This document shows, one piece after another, positions 10,280 to 21,100 of a stretch of 44,046 nt of DNA; the stretch's first letter is position 1, and every line of letters begins with the position of its first letter. The DNA comes from Chloroflexota bacterium (lineage in GTDB: Bacteria; Chloroflexota; Dehalococcoidia; Lucifugimonadales; JADFKI01). The position numbers and the translations under genes are program-made. The stretch lies in the NCBI GenBank assembly GCA_027623195.1, contig JAQBUT010000025.1:1-44046 (forward strand), read 5' to 3'. The notes under the pieces were generated by a model. It searched no databases, was not told the origin of the DNA, and saw nothing but the letters and a program-made list of their open reading frames with translations.

Positions 10280-10744
10280 TTGGCAACCACAATTGCGGGA
10301 GAAACATATTTGGGAGAGGAACTGGTTAGTTCCTTGTCCCAGTCAGGCGACGTTACTATGTATCTGTGGCCCATGAGGTGTTTGAAGTCCAAAATCGGAG
10401 GGCCAACCTTCGGAGTTGATGTGAAAGGCGTAGAGGTCATACGTTTCGATTGTCATGGCGCCCTGGGGCATTGGCATGAGGGCGGGTATGACAAGTTAGG
10501 GGCTGGAGGATCGCACGTAGATTTCCCAGAGGGCGTAGTTGAAGGCGAGAAGCAGATCTCTTGGGCTCTGTCACAAATTCGCGATGAGGGCAAACGGCTT
10601 CTTGAAGAAGCGGGTTTCGCAGATGGCGCGGGTTCACTGGATTCTGAGATGGTCAATTCCGCCACTGCGGCCATACAAGCCCACTTGCAAAAAGAGGGTG
10701 ACCTTCTCTCTGTAGCTATTGAAAGAGGATTGATTGAGGCTTAA
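10280..10744 (+). CDS. Hypothetical protein with RFDCH..GHWH motif
   Basis: TTG at 10280 behind GAGGAG; protein-like composition; followed by a terminator. Confidence 0.7.
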   Translation: MATTIAGETYLGEELVSSLSQSGDVTMYLWPMRCLKSKIGGPTFGVDVKGVEVIRFDCHGALGHWHEGGYDKLGAGGSHVDFPEGVVEGEKQISWALSQIRDEGKRLLEEAGFADGAGSLDSEMVNSATAAIQAHLQKEGDLLSVAIERGLIEA

Positions 10745-10772
10745 CTAAGCCCGGAGTGATTCCCTCACGATG

Positions 10773-10811
10773 AATAAAAGGCGCTTTGTAATCAAAGCGC
10801 CTTTTATTTTT
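10773..10811. terminator. Bidirectional rho-independent terminator
   Basis: aataaaaggcgctttg-taat-caaagcgccttttatt perfect 16-bp inverted repeat plus T run, between convergent genes. Confidence 0.85.
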
Positions 10812-10867
10812 GACAATGTTTCCAAGAAGAATTTTGAACGACCTGTATGTACGCCGGGCCTATGAGG

Positions 10868-11896
10868 TCATGTGACCTCTAGGGTCGGGTTTCTAAGCGG
10901 TTCGGCAAACTGCGATTTATCCAACGGAATAAAATCCTTCTGGTATATCTGCACTCGATAGGTTTCGTAGTCAGGTATGAACAGACGGAACTCGTCGTCT
11001 ATTCTCACGGACCGGGGTCGCCTGAGATACTTCTCCTGCTCAATGCGGCCGGTTTCCCGCAGGCGGTTAGACACGGCGTTCGTAAGCATGTATGACCTGG
11101 CAACTCGCGACAACGAAGCATCGCCCCTGAAGCTTTGTATGTAGTGGCCTTCAGAGTTATACATCTGCACACGGTCGTTGCCCCAGTCTGCAACATAAAT
11201 GTCGCCATGGTTATCCACAGCTATACCTGTAGGTCGATTAAATTGACCTTCTCCAGTGCCAAATGCGCCTACGACATTCTTCAATTCGCCATTGCTGGAG
11301 AATACCTGGAACCTATGATTGCCCCAGTCAGCCACGTAAATGTCACCCAGCTCATCAACATGGAGTCCCCAGGGAAGGTCAATCTGTCCGGGTTCTGAGC
11401 CGTGTGAACCGAACCCGCCTATATACTCCCCATCCACGGTGTATTCCTGAATCCTGTGGTTCTTGGAATCCACCACGACCATGTTGCCGTCAGGATTGAA
11501 CGCGATGCCTGTTGGGCCGTTGAACTGGCCTTCCGCGTCACCTGTCGTCCCCCATTTCGATACGAACTCGCCGGCTTCGTTGAACTTTGTTATCCGGTTA
11601 GTAGCCTCATCACTGACGAAAATGTCTCCAGCATCATTAGTGATTATTTGTACGGGCCACTGAAACTGGCCGTCGTCTGTGCCGTAGCTACCAATGGACT
11701 TGAGGTCATCAGTTTGCTGCTCCATGTCTTCGAGGGGCCAGATCCTGATGATCGCCACACCTTCTGAGCGACAGAGAATGAGGGCGGTGTCATCTTTAGC
11801 GAACGCAATGTCCGCCGGGAAGTTTGTTATTCGTCGCATGCCGAGAGTCTTTAGATACGGATACCCGGCTCTTAGCAATCCATGTGGACGTGCCAT
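10868..11896 (-). CDS. NHL-repeat beta-propeller protein
   Basis: Repeated G..GQF..P.GI...G.IYVADWGN.R.Q units. Confidence 0.88.
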   Translation of the reverse strand: MARPHGLLRAGYPYLKTLGMRRITNFPADIAFAKDDTALILCRSEGVAIIRIWPLEDMEQQTDDLKSIGSYGTDDGQFQWPVQIITNDAGDIFVSDEATNRITKFNEAGEFVSKWGTTGDAEGQFNGPTGIAFNPDGNMVVVDSKNHRIQEYTVDGEYIGGFGSHGSEPGQIDLPWGLHVDELGDIYVADWGNHRFQVFSSNGELKNVVGAFGTGEGQFNRPTGIAVDNHGDIYVADWGNDRVQMYNSEGHYIQSFRGDASLSRVARSYMLTNAVSNRLRETGRIEQEKYLRRPRSVRIDDEFRLFIPDYETYRVQIYQKDFIPLDKSQFAEPLRNPTLEVT

Positions 11897-11922
11897 AGAT
11901 ATATCCTCCTGGAAGAAATCCG

Positions 11923-13059
11923 TTAAGCCTTGAACGGCGTGATCTGTTCGAAGTTTCCCTTGACGATTGGGCTGGCTTCCACATCAAGCCACTGTTCAAG
12001 CACTGTGCCATAAATGCCTCTGAAATCGATGGTGTGCTTCAGGTCCTCGCCATGTTCCCATTCCTTCGGGTCCAGGGAAGGGTACTCCGAGTACAGCCCG
12101 CCGATAATTCTATTGCCGAACATAAATGCGCCGCCACCTGTGCCGTGGTCCGTGCCGCTGCCGTTGTCGCGCATTCGCCTTCCGAACTCTGTGAACACCA
12201 GTACTGTCACGTTCTCTCCGGCGTCGTGTTCTCTCAGATCATCTAGAAAGTCGGATATTGCGCCAGAGAGATCACCCACCAGCTTGGGATGGCTGGGCAT
12301 CTCGTTGGCATGGGTGTCGTACCCGCCATGGCTTGCATAGAAGACTCTTGTGCCCAGGTCTGCGAGATGAATTCTCGCAACGTCCCTCAGGCTTTTGGCT
12401 ATGGCGTTGTCGGCATATTCTATGGAGGACTTGTACTGTTCTGCGACGCTAGACAGCAAATCCGCGCCTTCGAGTACGTCCAGCCCGGTTTTGCCGATGT
12501 ACTCGGCAACAGGTCCTGTGCCAATTGCTTGGCCATAGATGGACTTGAAGGCTTCGATGGCCTTGTCCCGAAGTTGGTCCTTTTCTATTTTATTCATGAC
12601 GCCGTATCCCTCCAGGTCTCCAATGGAGGTAACGGGGACGCCAGTCTTGGCCATCGCGCGGGGAAGGCCCTGGCCAATGTTCACCCCCGTCAGGACATTC
12701 TCTCCTTTGGGGTCGAGTTCCTGAACGGCCTGCGCCAACCAGCCTTCGCTGCCAATTTTGTTTGGTTCTGCGGTGTGCCAGATATCCATACCTCGGAAGT
12801 GAGACCTGTTGGAATTCGGATATCCGATGCCCTGTATGATCGCCATCTGCCCTTCATCGTAAAGCCGTTTGAAAGGAGCAGCATTAGCGTTTATGGCAAG
12901 GTCGTCATTGATAGGCAGGACCTGGTCCTGAGAGAGAACGACCTTCTTTCGAGCATCGTAGTAATGCTTGTTGGTGTAAGGAACTATGGTGTTCATAAAG
13001 TCGTTGCCGCCAGTAAGCTGAACGACCACAAGGGTGTTATCTGCTTTGCTGTTGCTCAT
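11923..13059 (-). CDS. DUF1501 family protein
   Basis: LVVVQLTGGND..NTIVPY, NRSHF, GGYDTH, TEFGRR..DNGSGTDHG, DFRGIY. Confidence 0.88.
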   Translation of the reverse strand: MSNSKADNTLVVVQLTGGNDFMNTIVPYTNKHYYDARKKVVLSQDQVLPINDDLAINANAAPFKRLYDEGQMAIIQGIGYPNSNRSHFRGMDIWHTAEPNKIGSEGWLAQAVQELDPKGENVLTGVNIGQGLPRAMAKTGVPVTSIGDLEGYGVMNKIEKDQLRDKAIEAFKSIYGQAIGTGPVAEYIGKTGLDVLEGADLLSSVAEQYKSSIEYADNAIAKSLRDVARIHLADLGTRVFYASHGGYDTHANEMPSHPKLVGDLSGAISDFLDDLREHDAGENVTVLVFTEFGRRMRDNGSGTDHGTGGGAFMFGNRIIGGLYSEYPSLDPKEWEHGEDLKHTIDFRGIYGTVLEQWLDVEASPIVKGNFEQITPFKA

Positions 13060-13093
13060 ATCATTTCATCCTTCACGTTAGAAATTACAGGTC

Positions 13094-14500
13094 TTAAGCG
13101 AACTGGTAATCGACGGTCGATGCCAACATTTGAAGAATATTGTGTACGCCCACATCCTCGGATTCGTCATTATCCTTCAGGTCTTTCAATTCCTTTGCGT
13201 AAGAAATCATGGACTCGTAGGTTGCGTCGCTTACTTTGACACCACCCATAAGTTCAATGCACCGGTCAACTATCTTCGATGGGTCATCGTCCAGGCTGCC
13301 CGCCCTTGAGATGATATTCTGTATGCCGGGCTTGGACTGGTCTGCGAATTGTCGTTCAACAAAGCCGATTCTTTCGCTAAGTGTTCCAGAATCAATCCAT
13401 TCGTGGCCGGTGTGCCACCCTTCTACAGTCGGAGGGTTCATGAGCCTCTGGCCCATAATTGCCATCGTGCCTTCGATTAATGAACCGTTCAAGGTGGTAA
13501 TCGCAAACTCGTGGATGCCTGGCGTTGGCTTGCTGAATTCTCCTGTCTGCTTGAGGACTCCTGCAATCAACTCGGTGGGACTTTTCACCTTGTGCAGGCT
13601 TATAGCGTTCTTGAAGAATTCTGAGTTGAACAACGTCTTGAGAACGGCTCTCATGTCTCCCTCGGTTTCCATAAAAACCTTGGATAACGTGGCTATTGCA
13701 GCTTCGTCCTTTGCTGGTTCCGTCGCCCATGAAGGTACCTGGGTTTCGTCTTCCACGAAGAAGTTATACAGGTGCCTGGATATGAACCGCGCCGTGGCCG
13801 GCTGCTTAACGATGATGTCTATTATGTCCTCGCCGTTAAAGTTGCCCTTATGGCCGAGGAACTCCTTTTCTCCATCGTCGTGGTCTTCCGGCACGAACTC
13901 GAAGTCGGCTGGGAAGTGGCCGAAGGGGTAGATGGACAGAGGCTGACGGAAGGTCCACCCTGTGAAGGCGCGTGAGGCGCTCTTGATATCGTCTTCCGTG
14001 TAATTCCCGACTCCCATGCTGAATAGCTCTAGCAGCTCTCTACCGTAGTTCTCATTTATCTCATTCTTGTGGTTTTCGTTATTGTCCAGCCAGAAAATCA
14101 TGGCAGGGTCTCGGGACAGTTGCAGGAGAATTTCTTTGAAGTTAGTCATACCAACTTCCCGGAACATCTTGATCTCTTTGAGTAATGAGTCCAGGTGCTC
14201 ACTTTTGCCCCACGCGACAGGGAATATGTGGTGCAAAAAGAGGGACATCTTTTCTTCAAGCGGCCTCTGGGTGTTGACCATGCGGTATAGCCATTTCCCA
14301 ACGTGAACGGCCAGGAGTTCCCCGCCGTAGTATCTTTCCAAATAGGAAATGTCGATCTCTGGGAATCGCTCCGGTGTAACGAGGTCCTCAACTATCTCCT
14401 CGTAGGTCTTATCGCGGGTCAGAGCATCAAGCTCCGCAGGCGTGGCGCCGAAACTGGCGCGCCTCATAAGATGAGCCACAAGCGCTCGATCAGATTTCAT
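13094..14500 (-). CDS. DUF1800 family protein
   Basis: HLMRRASFG, LEEKM.LF.H, DPAMIFWLDN, NENYGRELLELFSMG, SRAFTGW, HDDGEK.FLG, PPTVEGW. Confidence 0.9.
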   Translation of the reverse strand: MKSDRALVAHLMRRASFGATPAELDALTRDKTYEEIVEDLVTPERFPEIDISYLERYYGGELLAVHVGKWLYRMVNTQRPLEEKMSLFLHHIFPVAWGKSEHLDSLLKEIKMFREVGMTNFKEILLQLSRDPAMIFWLDNNENHKNEINENYGRELLELFSMGVGNYTEDDIKSASRAFTGWTFRQPLSIYPFGHFPADFEFVPEDHDDGEKEFLGHKGNFNGEDIIDIIVKQPATARFISRHLYNFFVEDETQVPSWATEPAKDEAAIATLSKVFMETEGDMRAVLKTLFNSEFFKNAISLHKVKSPTELIAGVLKQTGEFSKPTPGIHEFAITTLNGSLIEGTMAIMGQRLMNPPTVEGWHTGHEWIDSGTLSERIGFVERQFADQSKPGIQNIISRAGSLDDDPSKIVDRCIELMGGVKVSDATYESMISYAKELKDLKDNDESEDVGVHNILQMLASTVDYQFA

Positions 14501-14553
14501 TTTTTACATTTCCTCCTGTATCAGTAACTGTGATGCAAGTCCGAAGTGTCTCA

Positions 14554-14630
14554 CCCTCATCCTAACCTTCCCCCATCAAGGGGGAAGGGATAATGTCCTC
14601 TCCCTCAGGGAGAGGATTAAAGTGAGAGGG
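14554..14630. repeat. CCCTC(TCCC)/GGGAGAGG-type double-hairpin extragenic palindrome
   Basis: Hairpins ccttccccc-atcaa-gggggaagg and tcctctccct-c-agggagagga, enclosed by partly complementary arms ccctcatcctaa / ttaaagtgagaggg. Confidence 0.7.
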
Positions 14631-14662
14631 AAAGGTCTGGTCCACCAACATATAAGATTCCT

Positions 14663-16336
14663 TTACGTCGGCATCCACGCTCGAGGCGCAATGCCGTCTA
14701 TGTGCGTTTTGACATCAACAATGGCTGGTTTCCCTGAAGCGAAGGCCTGGTCCAGCGCGCCAGCAAATTCGCCTGGTTTGTTGACTGTAATTCCGAAACA
14801 GTCCATGGATTCGGCTATTTTGGCAAAGTCGGTTTCGGGGAATACCCAAAGCTCGTCGGAGCCTGGGGTTTGCCCGCCGTAAATGGACTCAACGCCACCC
14901 TTTTCCTGGTTCAAAGAGTGATTGTTATTTACCACGGTTACTGTGTTAATCCCACATCTCCGGGCGGTTTCTAATTCGGTGAGATGGTACCAGATACCGC
15001 CGTCACCAGTGAAGCACAGTACAGGTCTATCTGGCTGTGCGCATTTTACTCCCATCGCAGCAGGGAAGCCCCATCCCAGGGAGCCGGCGCAGCGAATGTA
15101 ATTCTGGTCCGGATGCTTGAAGTCAATCATGGTGCCGGTCCAGATGCCGGAATGGCCAGTGTCTGAAACAAGTACCGCGTCGGAAGGCATGTAGTCGGCC
15201 AGTTCTCGACAGAGGCGTTCTGGAAGGATGGGTTCAGTGTCGGAGTTGACCTTGTCGCTGACGCTATCCCTCCAGTTCTGCACCAGTTCCTGCACACGGC
15301 CGACCCATTCATCGCGCGGCTGAATGTCCTCGGAATACTCGAGCATTTTGCGTAGAGTATTTCTGACATCCCCCTGCATACCCACTTCGATCGGGTAGTT
15401 GCGCCCCAGCTCATCGGGATTGATATCAAGCTGGATGACTGGCGTTCCCTGTGGCGGGATCTGGTACGCATTGGTCACCTGGCCCCCGGTGTGGCTGCCG
15501 ATGAAGAATACGAGGTCCGCCTCGCAAAGTATCTGATTGGAACAGGCTCGTGAGTATGCGCCCGGGACACCTACCGCCAGCGGATGATTGTTGGGGAACA
15601 TCGTTTTGGCATTCAAAGAGGTGGCAACAGGGATGGATAGCTTCTCAGCCAGGGACTGCAGTTCAGCGCTGGCTCCCGATAGGGTCACACCACCACCGGC
15701 CACAATGACGGGACGTTTGGCCTGAGTGAGCAAGCGAATCGCATCCGTGACCTTTTCCAACTCCGCTTCCGGTCGGAAGGGGGGTACTTGCGTGAACATC
15801 TCTTCGACGACCACGTCCAGATCGGCGTCGGATTCCATGACGGCCTGTCCAGCGATGCCCTCTAAGTCGAGATGGACGGGCTTGGGCGTGCCAGACGTAG
15901 CAGAGCGAAAGGCTTGGCGCAAATAGATCGGCAGTTGCTCCGGGTTGGCAACAAAGGCGCTGTACTTGGTGACTGCCGAGAACGGATTAGCGTGATCAAC
16001 TTCCTGATAAGCATGGCGTTGCTGATTAATCTGGCTCTCGCGACCTGTTATGGCAATGACAGGAGAGCATGCCAGGTAGGCGTCCTGTAGTCCGGCAGCG
16101 AGATTGACAGAGCCGACAGATTGAGCCATGCAGAGGCCGGCGCTGTGGTTGGCGCGGGCGTAGCCGTCGGCCATATAGGCGGCGGCCTTTTCCCCGTGGG
16201 TCTGGATACGCTTGATCCCCAGCTTTTCCATTTCCATCAGAGCCCTGGGGGCTATGTATGGCATGAAAAAGACGTGATTTATCCCGTAACCATGTACTGT
16301 TTCTGCGAGGAACTTACCCCCGGTCATCTTGGGCAT
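14663..16336 (-). CDS. Thiamine-diphosphate-dependent enzyme (acetolactate synthase-like)
   Basis: HGEKAAAYMADGYARA, RPVIVAGGG, GSLGWGFPAAMG, ThDP motif GDGG...NN. Confidence 0.9.
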   Translation of the reverse strand: MPKMTGGKFLAETVHGYGINHVFFMPYIAPRALMEMEKLGIKRIQTHGEKAAAYMADGYARANHSAGLCMAQSVGSVNLAAGLQDAYLACSPVIAITGRESQINQQRHAYQEVDHANPFSAVTKYSAFVANPEQLPIYLRQAFRSATSGTPKPVHLDLEGIAGQAVMESDADLDVVVEEMFTQVPPFRPEAELEKVTDAIRLLTQAKRPVIVAGGGVTLSGASAELQSLAEKLSIPVATSLNAKTMFPNNHPLAVGVPGAYSRACSNQILCEADLVFFIGSHTGGQVTNAYQIPPQGTPVIQLDINPDELGRNYPIEVGMQGDVRNTLRKMLEYSEDIQPRDEWVGRVQELVQNWRDSVSDKVNSDTEPILPERLCRELADYMPSDAVLVSDTGHSGIWTGTMIDFKHPDQNYIRCAGSLGWGFPAAMGVKCAQPDRPVLCFTGDGGIWYHLTELETARRCGINTVTVVNNNHSLNQEKGGVESIYGGQTPGSDELWVFPETDFAKIAESMDCFGITVNKPGEFAGALDQAFASGKPAIVDVKTHIDGIAPRAWMPT

Positions 16337-16560
16337 TTTGCATTCTCCATAATTTGGTTGTTGTCGGCGGGCGATTGTTAGCGCATTTTACCTGATATGG
16401 ACGGATGAGTGGCAACTGGCAACTATGTAGCAAACTTCGCCCGTTCGCAGGACTTCATTGACCACGTGGCGCAGTTGTGCGGATGAGGAAAGGCTTGGCG
16501 ATTCCTGTGCTTTACCTAAATACCGTTCAGTGGGAACCGCGCAGTACAGGAGTACAGGCG

Positions 16561-16589
16561 TTGACAACAGAACAAGTGTTCTGTATCAT
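16561..16589 (+). promoter_or_regulatory. Sigma70 promoter with LexA (SOS) box in the spacer
   Basis: TTGACA-17bp-TATCAT. The spacer holds the palindrome acaGAAC-aagt-GTTCtgt (16567-16584), matching the GAAC-N4-GTTC LexA consensus. Confidence 0.88.
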
Positions 16590-16625
16590 CGGGAGTCATT
16601 GCACTTGAAGAGGAGGCTGATGTGA

Positions 16626-18083
16626 ATGAAGGCATGCGTTCTTGTATCGCACTTTAGGGCCAAGGCAGAAATGAGACGTCACGCTGAGTTGAAAGATAAG
16701 CCGGTAGTGATTGTCGACCGTTCGAAGGCGAGACCTCTGGTAGTTGACCGCTTCCCAGAGGTCTCTGAAGTAACAGCGGGAATGACATTGGAAGACGCCG
16801 TTTCCCGCCGGAACAACGTAATCTTACTGGATTCTGACGAGGCCTACTACCGCAAAGTTTTTGAGGAGACAATCGACTCGTTATCACATGTATGTGATCG
16901 AATCGAAGTGGCTGACCTCGGCTGTGTTTACCTCGAACTGGACGGGTTCGAGCGACTTTATGGTGGTGAGAATAATCTTCTCGATGCTCTCATACACAGT
17001 ATTCCCGATGATTTAAATCCGCATATTGGCGTAGCGCAGGGAAAGTTTCCCGCGTACGTCGCTGCCAGGGCAGCAGGCGGACAGGCCTTTTTTAAGGCCC
17101 CCGGTGACGTAAGAGGCTTTCTTACAAACAGTCCCATAGACCGCCTGCCTGTTGAACGGTCATACATCGAAAGGCTAGGTGGGTTTGGATTGCACACAAT
17201 CGGGGATGTGGCCTTACTGAGTGTTGGGGAGCTTCAAGCGCAACTTGGCCCACAGGGGAAGTATATTTGGGAGCTGTGCAACGGAATTGATAATCGTCAC
17301 GTAGTTCCAATTAAACAGACTGAGACGTTGACAGAGCAGATGTCCCTTCCGTATTGGGCGGTTACCAGTGACGCGTTTTTTGCCGCTCTGGATTCTCTCT
17401 CGAAAAGAGTATTTGCGAAGCCGGAAATGTCCGGGAAGCTCATCGGTAGGGCTGAGGTTGATTGCAGCATTCACAACGGCATCTCTTGGAAAAAGACTGT
17501 TGCCCTTAAAGAGCCTGCTAGAAGTTACGAAAGGCTGATATACGTTCTGAGGAGCAATATATCTACTTTAGATTTGTCTGGTATTCCGAATGAAGTCTTT
17601 CTGACAGTTTCAGATTTCACTGACGATTATGGGCGACAGGGTGAATTTTTCGATGGCGACCTTAAGCGAAGGCGAAAGAGGCAGGACTTACACGTAACGG
17701 ACCATCGGATTAGAGCCAAAATGGGCAACAGTCCAGCGTTGCAACATGTGGTCGAGATACACCCTCATCACCCGGTTCCAGAGCTACGCGCATTCTTGTC
17801 GCCCATTGATCCCAATATTCCGGCTTCTATGAAATCAGTCAGAGAGCCGGTGCCCATAGAAGTAAAGACGAATAACAGTCGAAAACCTGTTGCCCTTTAC
17901 TTGGAAGGACGTATTAGGAAATGGATGGAGATCGTCAAAGTATTAGACCTGTGGAGCGTTATTCTGTGGTGGCTGTCAGGCCCCATTGAGCGAAGATACT
18001 TTCACCTGGAACTGAAGAATGCACAACTCATAACGATATTCTGTGATCAGCGTACTGGCCGTTGGTTCCGCCAGAACTACTAG
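16626..18083 (+). CDS. imuB: ImuB-like inactive Y-family polymerase with C-terminal W-rich (DUF6504-like) domain
   Basis: Y-family layout (PVVIV, GMTL..A, IGVA..KF.A..A, LGGFGLHTIGDV) without catalytic acids (ACVLVSHF, VADLGCVY instead of DxD/SIDE); clamp-like QGEFF; upstream of dnaE2. Confidence 0.85.
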   Translation: MKACVLVSHFRAKAEMRRHAELKDKPVVIVDRSKARPLVVDRFPEVSEVTAGMTLEDAVSRRNNVILLDSDEAYYRKVFEETIDSLSHVCDRIEVADLGCVYLELDGFERLYGGENNLLDALIHSIPDDLNPHIGVAQGKFPAYVAARAAGGQAFFKAPGDVRGFLTNSPIDRLPVERSYIERLGGFGLHTIGDVALLSVGELQAQLGPQGKYIWELCNGIDNRHVVPIKQTETLTEQMSLPYWAVTSDAFFAALDSLSKRVFAKPEMSGKLIGRAEVDCSIHNGISWKKTVALKEPARSYERLIYVLRSNISTLDLSGIPNEVFLTVSDFTDDYGRQGEFFDGDLKRRRKRQDLHVTDHRIRAKMGNSPALQHVVEIHPHHPVPELRAFLSPIDPNIPASMKSVREPVPIEVKTNNSRKPVALYLEGRIRKWMEIVKVLDLWSVILWWLSGPIERRYFHLELKNAQLITIFCDQRTGRWFRQNY

Positions 18084-18100
18084 GGCAAGTACGAACACCT

Positions 18101-21100
18101 ATGACATCACCTTACGTAGAGCTTCGCGCTCGCAGCTTTTACTCGTTTGGAGAAGGCGCGTCCCATGTGCATGAGCTTGTTGAGCGCGCAAAGGAAATCG
18201 GATACCCGGCGCTGGCGCTTACGGATACCAACATGTGCGGGGCCTTGGAGTTCGCTCGTGAGGCAAAAGAATCAGGGTTACGTCCTATAACAGGGGGCGA
18301 CATAACCATGATGGATGGCTCTCGACTCACCCTGCTTGCCAAGAATAGAACGGGCTACTCCAATATTTCCCGACTCTTTACCTACGCTAGTCGGGTTGAT
18401 CGCCAGAATCCTCAGCTTAATCCCGACTACATTCCCGATAATGGCGAAGGTACGATTGTGATTACCGGCGGAAGGGACGGGACCATACCCAGGTTGGTGT
18501 ATCAGGGGTATTACGAAGCTGCTGAGCAAACCTTGAGAAACTATATGGAGTGGTTCGGGCGCGATTCTGTATACGTGGAGCTTCAGCAGACGATGATGTT
18601 TGGGGACACCAGGCGCAACCATGAGCTTGTCAGGCTGGCCAGAAAGGTTGGGGCCCCTTTAGTTTGCTCCAACAACGTTTTCTACCACGTACCGGAACGT
18701 TTCAAGCTCCAGAACGCCCTCACGGCCATTAAACGTAACTCCACCCTTAGCGAAGTCATTGACGATCTTGAACTCTCGGGCGAGTGCTATCTAAAGACTG
18801 CCGAGCAAATGGTCAGGCTGTTTCGTTGGTGTCCTGAGGCAGTTGAGAATACGGTGCGGATCGCAGAAGCTTGCGAATTTGATCTAACGAAGGATCTGGG
18901 ATATCGACTGCCTACTCCTCCCGTGCCCGACGGGTATACCCCGGAAACCTACCTGCGAAGGCTTACCTACGAGTCGGCGCAGCGTCGCTACGGCGGGATA
19001 ACCGACAAGATAGAAGCGCGGCTGCAGAAGGAGCTAAGGTTATTTGAAAAACACAATCTCTCGGGATTTATCCTGCTTTACAGAGACATAGCAGTAACCG
19101 CATACAAAATCATGATTGAGGAGGGGCTTGTAAGTCCTGAAACACCAATGGAAGAACATCCTCCTGGAAGGGGGAGGGGGTCTTCCGTGGCACTCTTGGT
19201 GGGATATCTGCTTGGGCTTTCCCATGTTGACCCACTTCTGTACGACCTACCACTGGATCGATTTTTGCCTGAGGATATGAGCAAACTTCCAGACATAGAC
19301 CTCGATTTCCCCAGGAGTATTCGAGAAAAGCTAATCACTAGAATTCACAGCGATTGGGGCGAAGAGCATGCCGTGCTAGTGGGAGCGATCTCAAAGTACC
19401 GTACCAGAGGGGTAATTACCGACCTTGGTAAGGCGTTTGGCATACCAGAGGAGAATCTGAAAGTCCTGAAATCCATATCAGATGCCCGCACTCTGAAGCA
19501 GGATATGCTGGCTAGTCCGGAGTTCAAGGATAAGGTCAACGCGCCTTTGTGGAAAGACCTGATAGAGCTTGCGCCTCAGCTTATGGGAGCGCCTAGAGGC
19601 CTTGGGCAGCATGTGGGAGGCATGGTGCTCAGCACGGCTCCGATTCCTGAGATGGTACCTATAAGGGATGGCGCAATAGAGGGCCGTTACATAATGGACT
19701 GGGACAAGGATACGGTCCAGGATGCCAACTTCGCAAAAATTGACCTCCTTTCTCTTCCTGTCCTAGACCAGCTAGAGGAGGCCAGAGACCTGGTGATGGA
19801 GCGTACAGGGGTAAGCGTTGATGTCAGCCGGATTGACCCCCACGATGCGGACACGTACAAGATGATCGGCGAGGGCAAGGCGATGTGTGTTTTCGACCTG
19901 CAATCCCCTGCCCAGCTTATGATGGCTCAGCGCCTCAAGCCCCAGAGCTACAAGGATATAGCCTACCAGGTGGCTCTCATAAGGCCGGGTGTAGGAATGC
20001 AAGGTAGCGCCGTCTCGAATTTTGTGGATCGATACAGACATGGAGCGCCTTGGAGCTATGACCATAAACTTGAAAAGGATGCGCTTGCGAGAGGGTACGG
20101 CATCATAGTCTGGCAGGAGCAGGTCACCCAACTCATCATGGACGTAGCAGGACTAACTGGCTCCGAGGCAGAGGAGATCAGGCGCGACTTTTCGAAGTCT
20201 AACAATGAGCGCCTTATAAAGCGAGATTGGGTGAAATTTCGGGATGGAGCGCTTAAAAGGGACGTAGACGAGGATACGGCGCGCAAGATTTTTCAAAAGA
20301 TCAATGGGCACTATATGTTCCCGGAGTCCCATAGCTATGCCTTTGGCATAACGGCGTATCAGGCCGCCTGGTTCAAGTGCCATTACCCGATTGAATTCTA
20401 CGTTTCATTTATGAACAGTCAGCCCATGGGATTCTATCCCCTTGAGGCCATCAAGGAAGACGCAAAACGTCACAGTGTCCCGTTCCTGAACCCCGACATA
20501 AACCTTAGTAATTACAGATGCACCGCGCTTGAGGACTCGGTCCTCTTGGGATTTCGGTTCGTTAAAAACATATCTGGAGAATCGGCTGGCGTCATCCTCG
20601 AAGAGAGAGAGCGAAACGGACCATACAGACATGCCGGCGACCTGGTACGACGCACTGGCCTGAAGCCCAAGGCGGTGAGGTCCCTTGGATTAGCGGGAGC
20701 ATTCGACAATGTCACGCCGAACAGGAAGATAGCATTGTGGGAGGCTGGCCTCTACAGTCGTCCATCCAAGGGCCAGCTGGTTCTTCCCATTTCAATGGAT
20801 GACAGTTTGCCGGAATTGGAGGACTTCACTGACTACCAGAAAATGATCATGGAATACGAGATTATGCACATCCACCCCAAAAGCCACCTGATGGCTTACT
20901 TAAGGTCGGCCCTTAGTTCCAAGGTTATAACTGCTCAGAAGGTGTACGACGCTGGCGAGAGAGATGAGGTCACCGTAGCTGGTTGGCCTATAGCCAGGCA
21001 ACACCCCAGGGGTGAGGAGGGGACGACTTACATTACGATTGAGGATGAGACTTCTGACATCCAGTTAATTGTATATCCTAAAATATTCGCGAAATTCAAA

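Noticed and set aside
12289..13239. 316-aa plus-strand ORF (and 13236-13931)
   Set aside because: Antisense shadows of the DUF1501/DUF1800 genes; no motifs.
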